A program made the translations under genes and the position numbers. The notes under the pieces were generated by a model. The model was given only the letters and a program-made list of their open reading frames with translations. It was not told where the DNA came from and searched no databases. Below are positions 62,955 to 64,000 of a stretch of 64,000 bases of DNA, in pieces (position 1 is the stretch's first letter; each line of letters opens with the position of its first letter). The DNA is taken from the NCBI GenBank assembly GCA_963804165.1, contig CAWDPO010000045.1:96001-160000 (forward strand). The letters run 5' to 3'. Origin of the DNA: an uncultured delta proteobacterium (GTDB taxonomy: Bacteria; Desulfobacterota; Binatia; UBA9968).

Positions 62955-63980
62955 ATGGGCAAATTTCACGTAGCTTATTTTGGCAGTAACGATGTGCCGG
63001 TCGATCTCATCAAACCGATCCTGGCCGAGATCGATGCCGACATGACAATCCGCCGGCCGACCAACGATGCCGAAGTCGTCGAAATGAGCAAAGACGCCGA
63101 CGGCATCATCATGCACGGCTCGGTGCCGCTTACCCGCGAGATCATTTCGCAACTGAAGCGCACCAAAGTCGTCGCCCGCACCGGCGTCGGCGTCGATCGA
63201 ATGGATCTTAAAGCCGCCGCTGACCATGGCCTTATTATTTGCAACGCCGCTGGGTGCAATTCGATCGAAGTCGCCGAGCAAGCCATCGGTCTATTGATCG
63301 CGATCTCGCGTAAGCTCATGCGCATGAACCAGTACGTGCGCGACGGCAAATGGCGCCGCCACACCGCCGAACTGCACGCCTATCGCGGCCGCGTCTATCG
63401 AATCCAAGGGCGCACTTTGGGCATTGTCGGTCTCGGGCATGTAGGTAAGCAAGTCGCACCGCGCGCGCAAGGCCTGAGATTGAACGTGCAAACCTATGAT
63501 CCGTATCTCGATCCGAAGGTCGCGGAAAAAATGGGCGTCAAGATGGTTTCCTTCGACGAGCTGGTTAAAACCTCGGACTTCATCAGCGTGCACGCGCCAC
63601 TGACGAAGCAAACTCGTCACATGTTCGGTGCGCCGCAGTTCAAGGCGATGAAGAACAGCGCCTATCTGATCAACTGCGCGCGCGGTGGTCTCGTCGATTC
63701 CGATGGGCTCTATGACGCGTTGGTCGCCGGTGAATTATCCGGGGCCGCGTTGGATGTGACCGAGCCCGAACCGTTACCAGCGGATCACAAGCTGCTCACA
63801 CTGCCCAACGTCATCGTCACCTGTCACACGGCCGCTAACTCGGACGAATCCTATATCGACTGCCAAACCCACGCGGCAAGAGAAGTCGCCAACGTGCTCA
63901 GCGGCAAAGGGCCGACGACGGAGATCAAAGATCCGTGGCTGTTGGCCGAAGCTCAAGATGAGGGTTTCGGCGGCGTGTAA
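62955..63980 (+). CDS. D-isomer-specific 2-hydroxyacid dehydrogenase (CtBP/SerA-like)
   Basis: GVGVD, GLGHVG, HAPLT, NCARG, ALDV..EP. Confidence 0.9.
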   Translation: MGKFHVAYFGSNDVPVDLIKPILAEIDADMTIRRPTNDAEVVEMSKDADGIIMHGSVPLTREIISQLKRTKVVARTGVGVDRMDLKAAADHGLIICNAAGCNSIEVAEQAIGLLIAISRKLMRMNQYVRDGKWRRHTAELHAYRGRVYRIQGRTLGIVGLGHVGKQVAPRAQGLRLNVQTYDPYLDPKVAEKMGVKMVSFDELVKTSDFISVHAPLTKQTRHMFGAPQFKAMKNSAYLINCARGGLVDSDGLYDALVAGELSGAALDVTEPEPLPADHKLLTLPNVIVTCHTAANSDESYIDCQTHAAREVANVLSGKGPTTEIKDPWLLAEAQDEGFGGV

Positions 63981-64000
63981 AACAACTCTAAACATTTCTT

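Overview
Bacterial chromosomal window of moderately high GC. The gene mix (NMT1/THI5-type binding proteins, amidohydrolases, TctC, short tandem-repeat spacers) resembles Binatia-like soil deltaproteobacteria, which is an inference. It has two halves. (1) 1-32.3 kb is an accessory stress/signalling island. It carries CsbD x2, ferritin-like, Fet4-like, Thivi_2564, DUF3309/DUF1328-like small proteins, an Anbu protease-amidohydrolase-transglutaminase operon, a class A PBP, GGDEF, a hybrid kinase, FtsH, orphan nuoI/nuoB, CarD and a GT4-GH130 pair, with many duplication remnants. (2) 32.7-64 kb holds housekeeping and catabolic genes (dnaJ, glgC, murJ, UbiD, HpaB-like, M24 pair, amidohydrolases, a CyaC-like cyclase). 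Several frameshifts, mostly at 34-41 kb, look like read errors. The strongest signals are non-coding. First, four sigma54 promoters each carry the same TCGAC-rich upstream element at a fixed 95-96 bp offset and drive general-stress small-protein genes. Second, eight copies of a palindrome TGTCYAATATTRGACA occur, six of them exactly at the class II (-41.5) activator position. Third, an in-frame UGA in a CxxU motif with a SECIS-like hairpin joins two ORFs into one AhpD/CMD-family selenoprotein. Fourth, there are repeated or structured 5' leader motifs. Family assignments come from motif recognition by eye; no searches were run.
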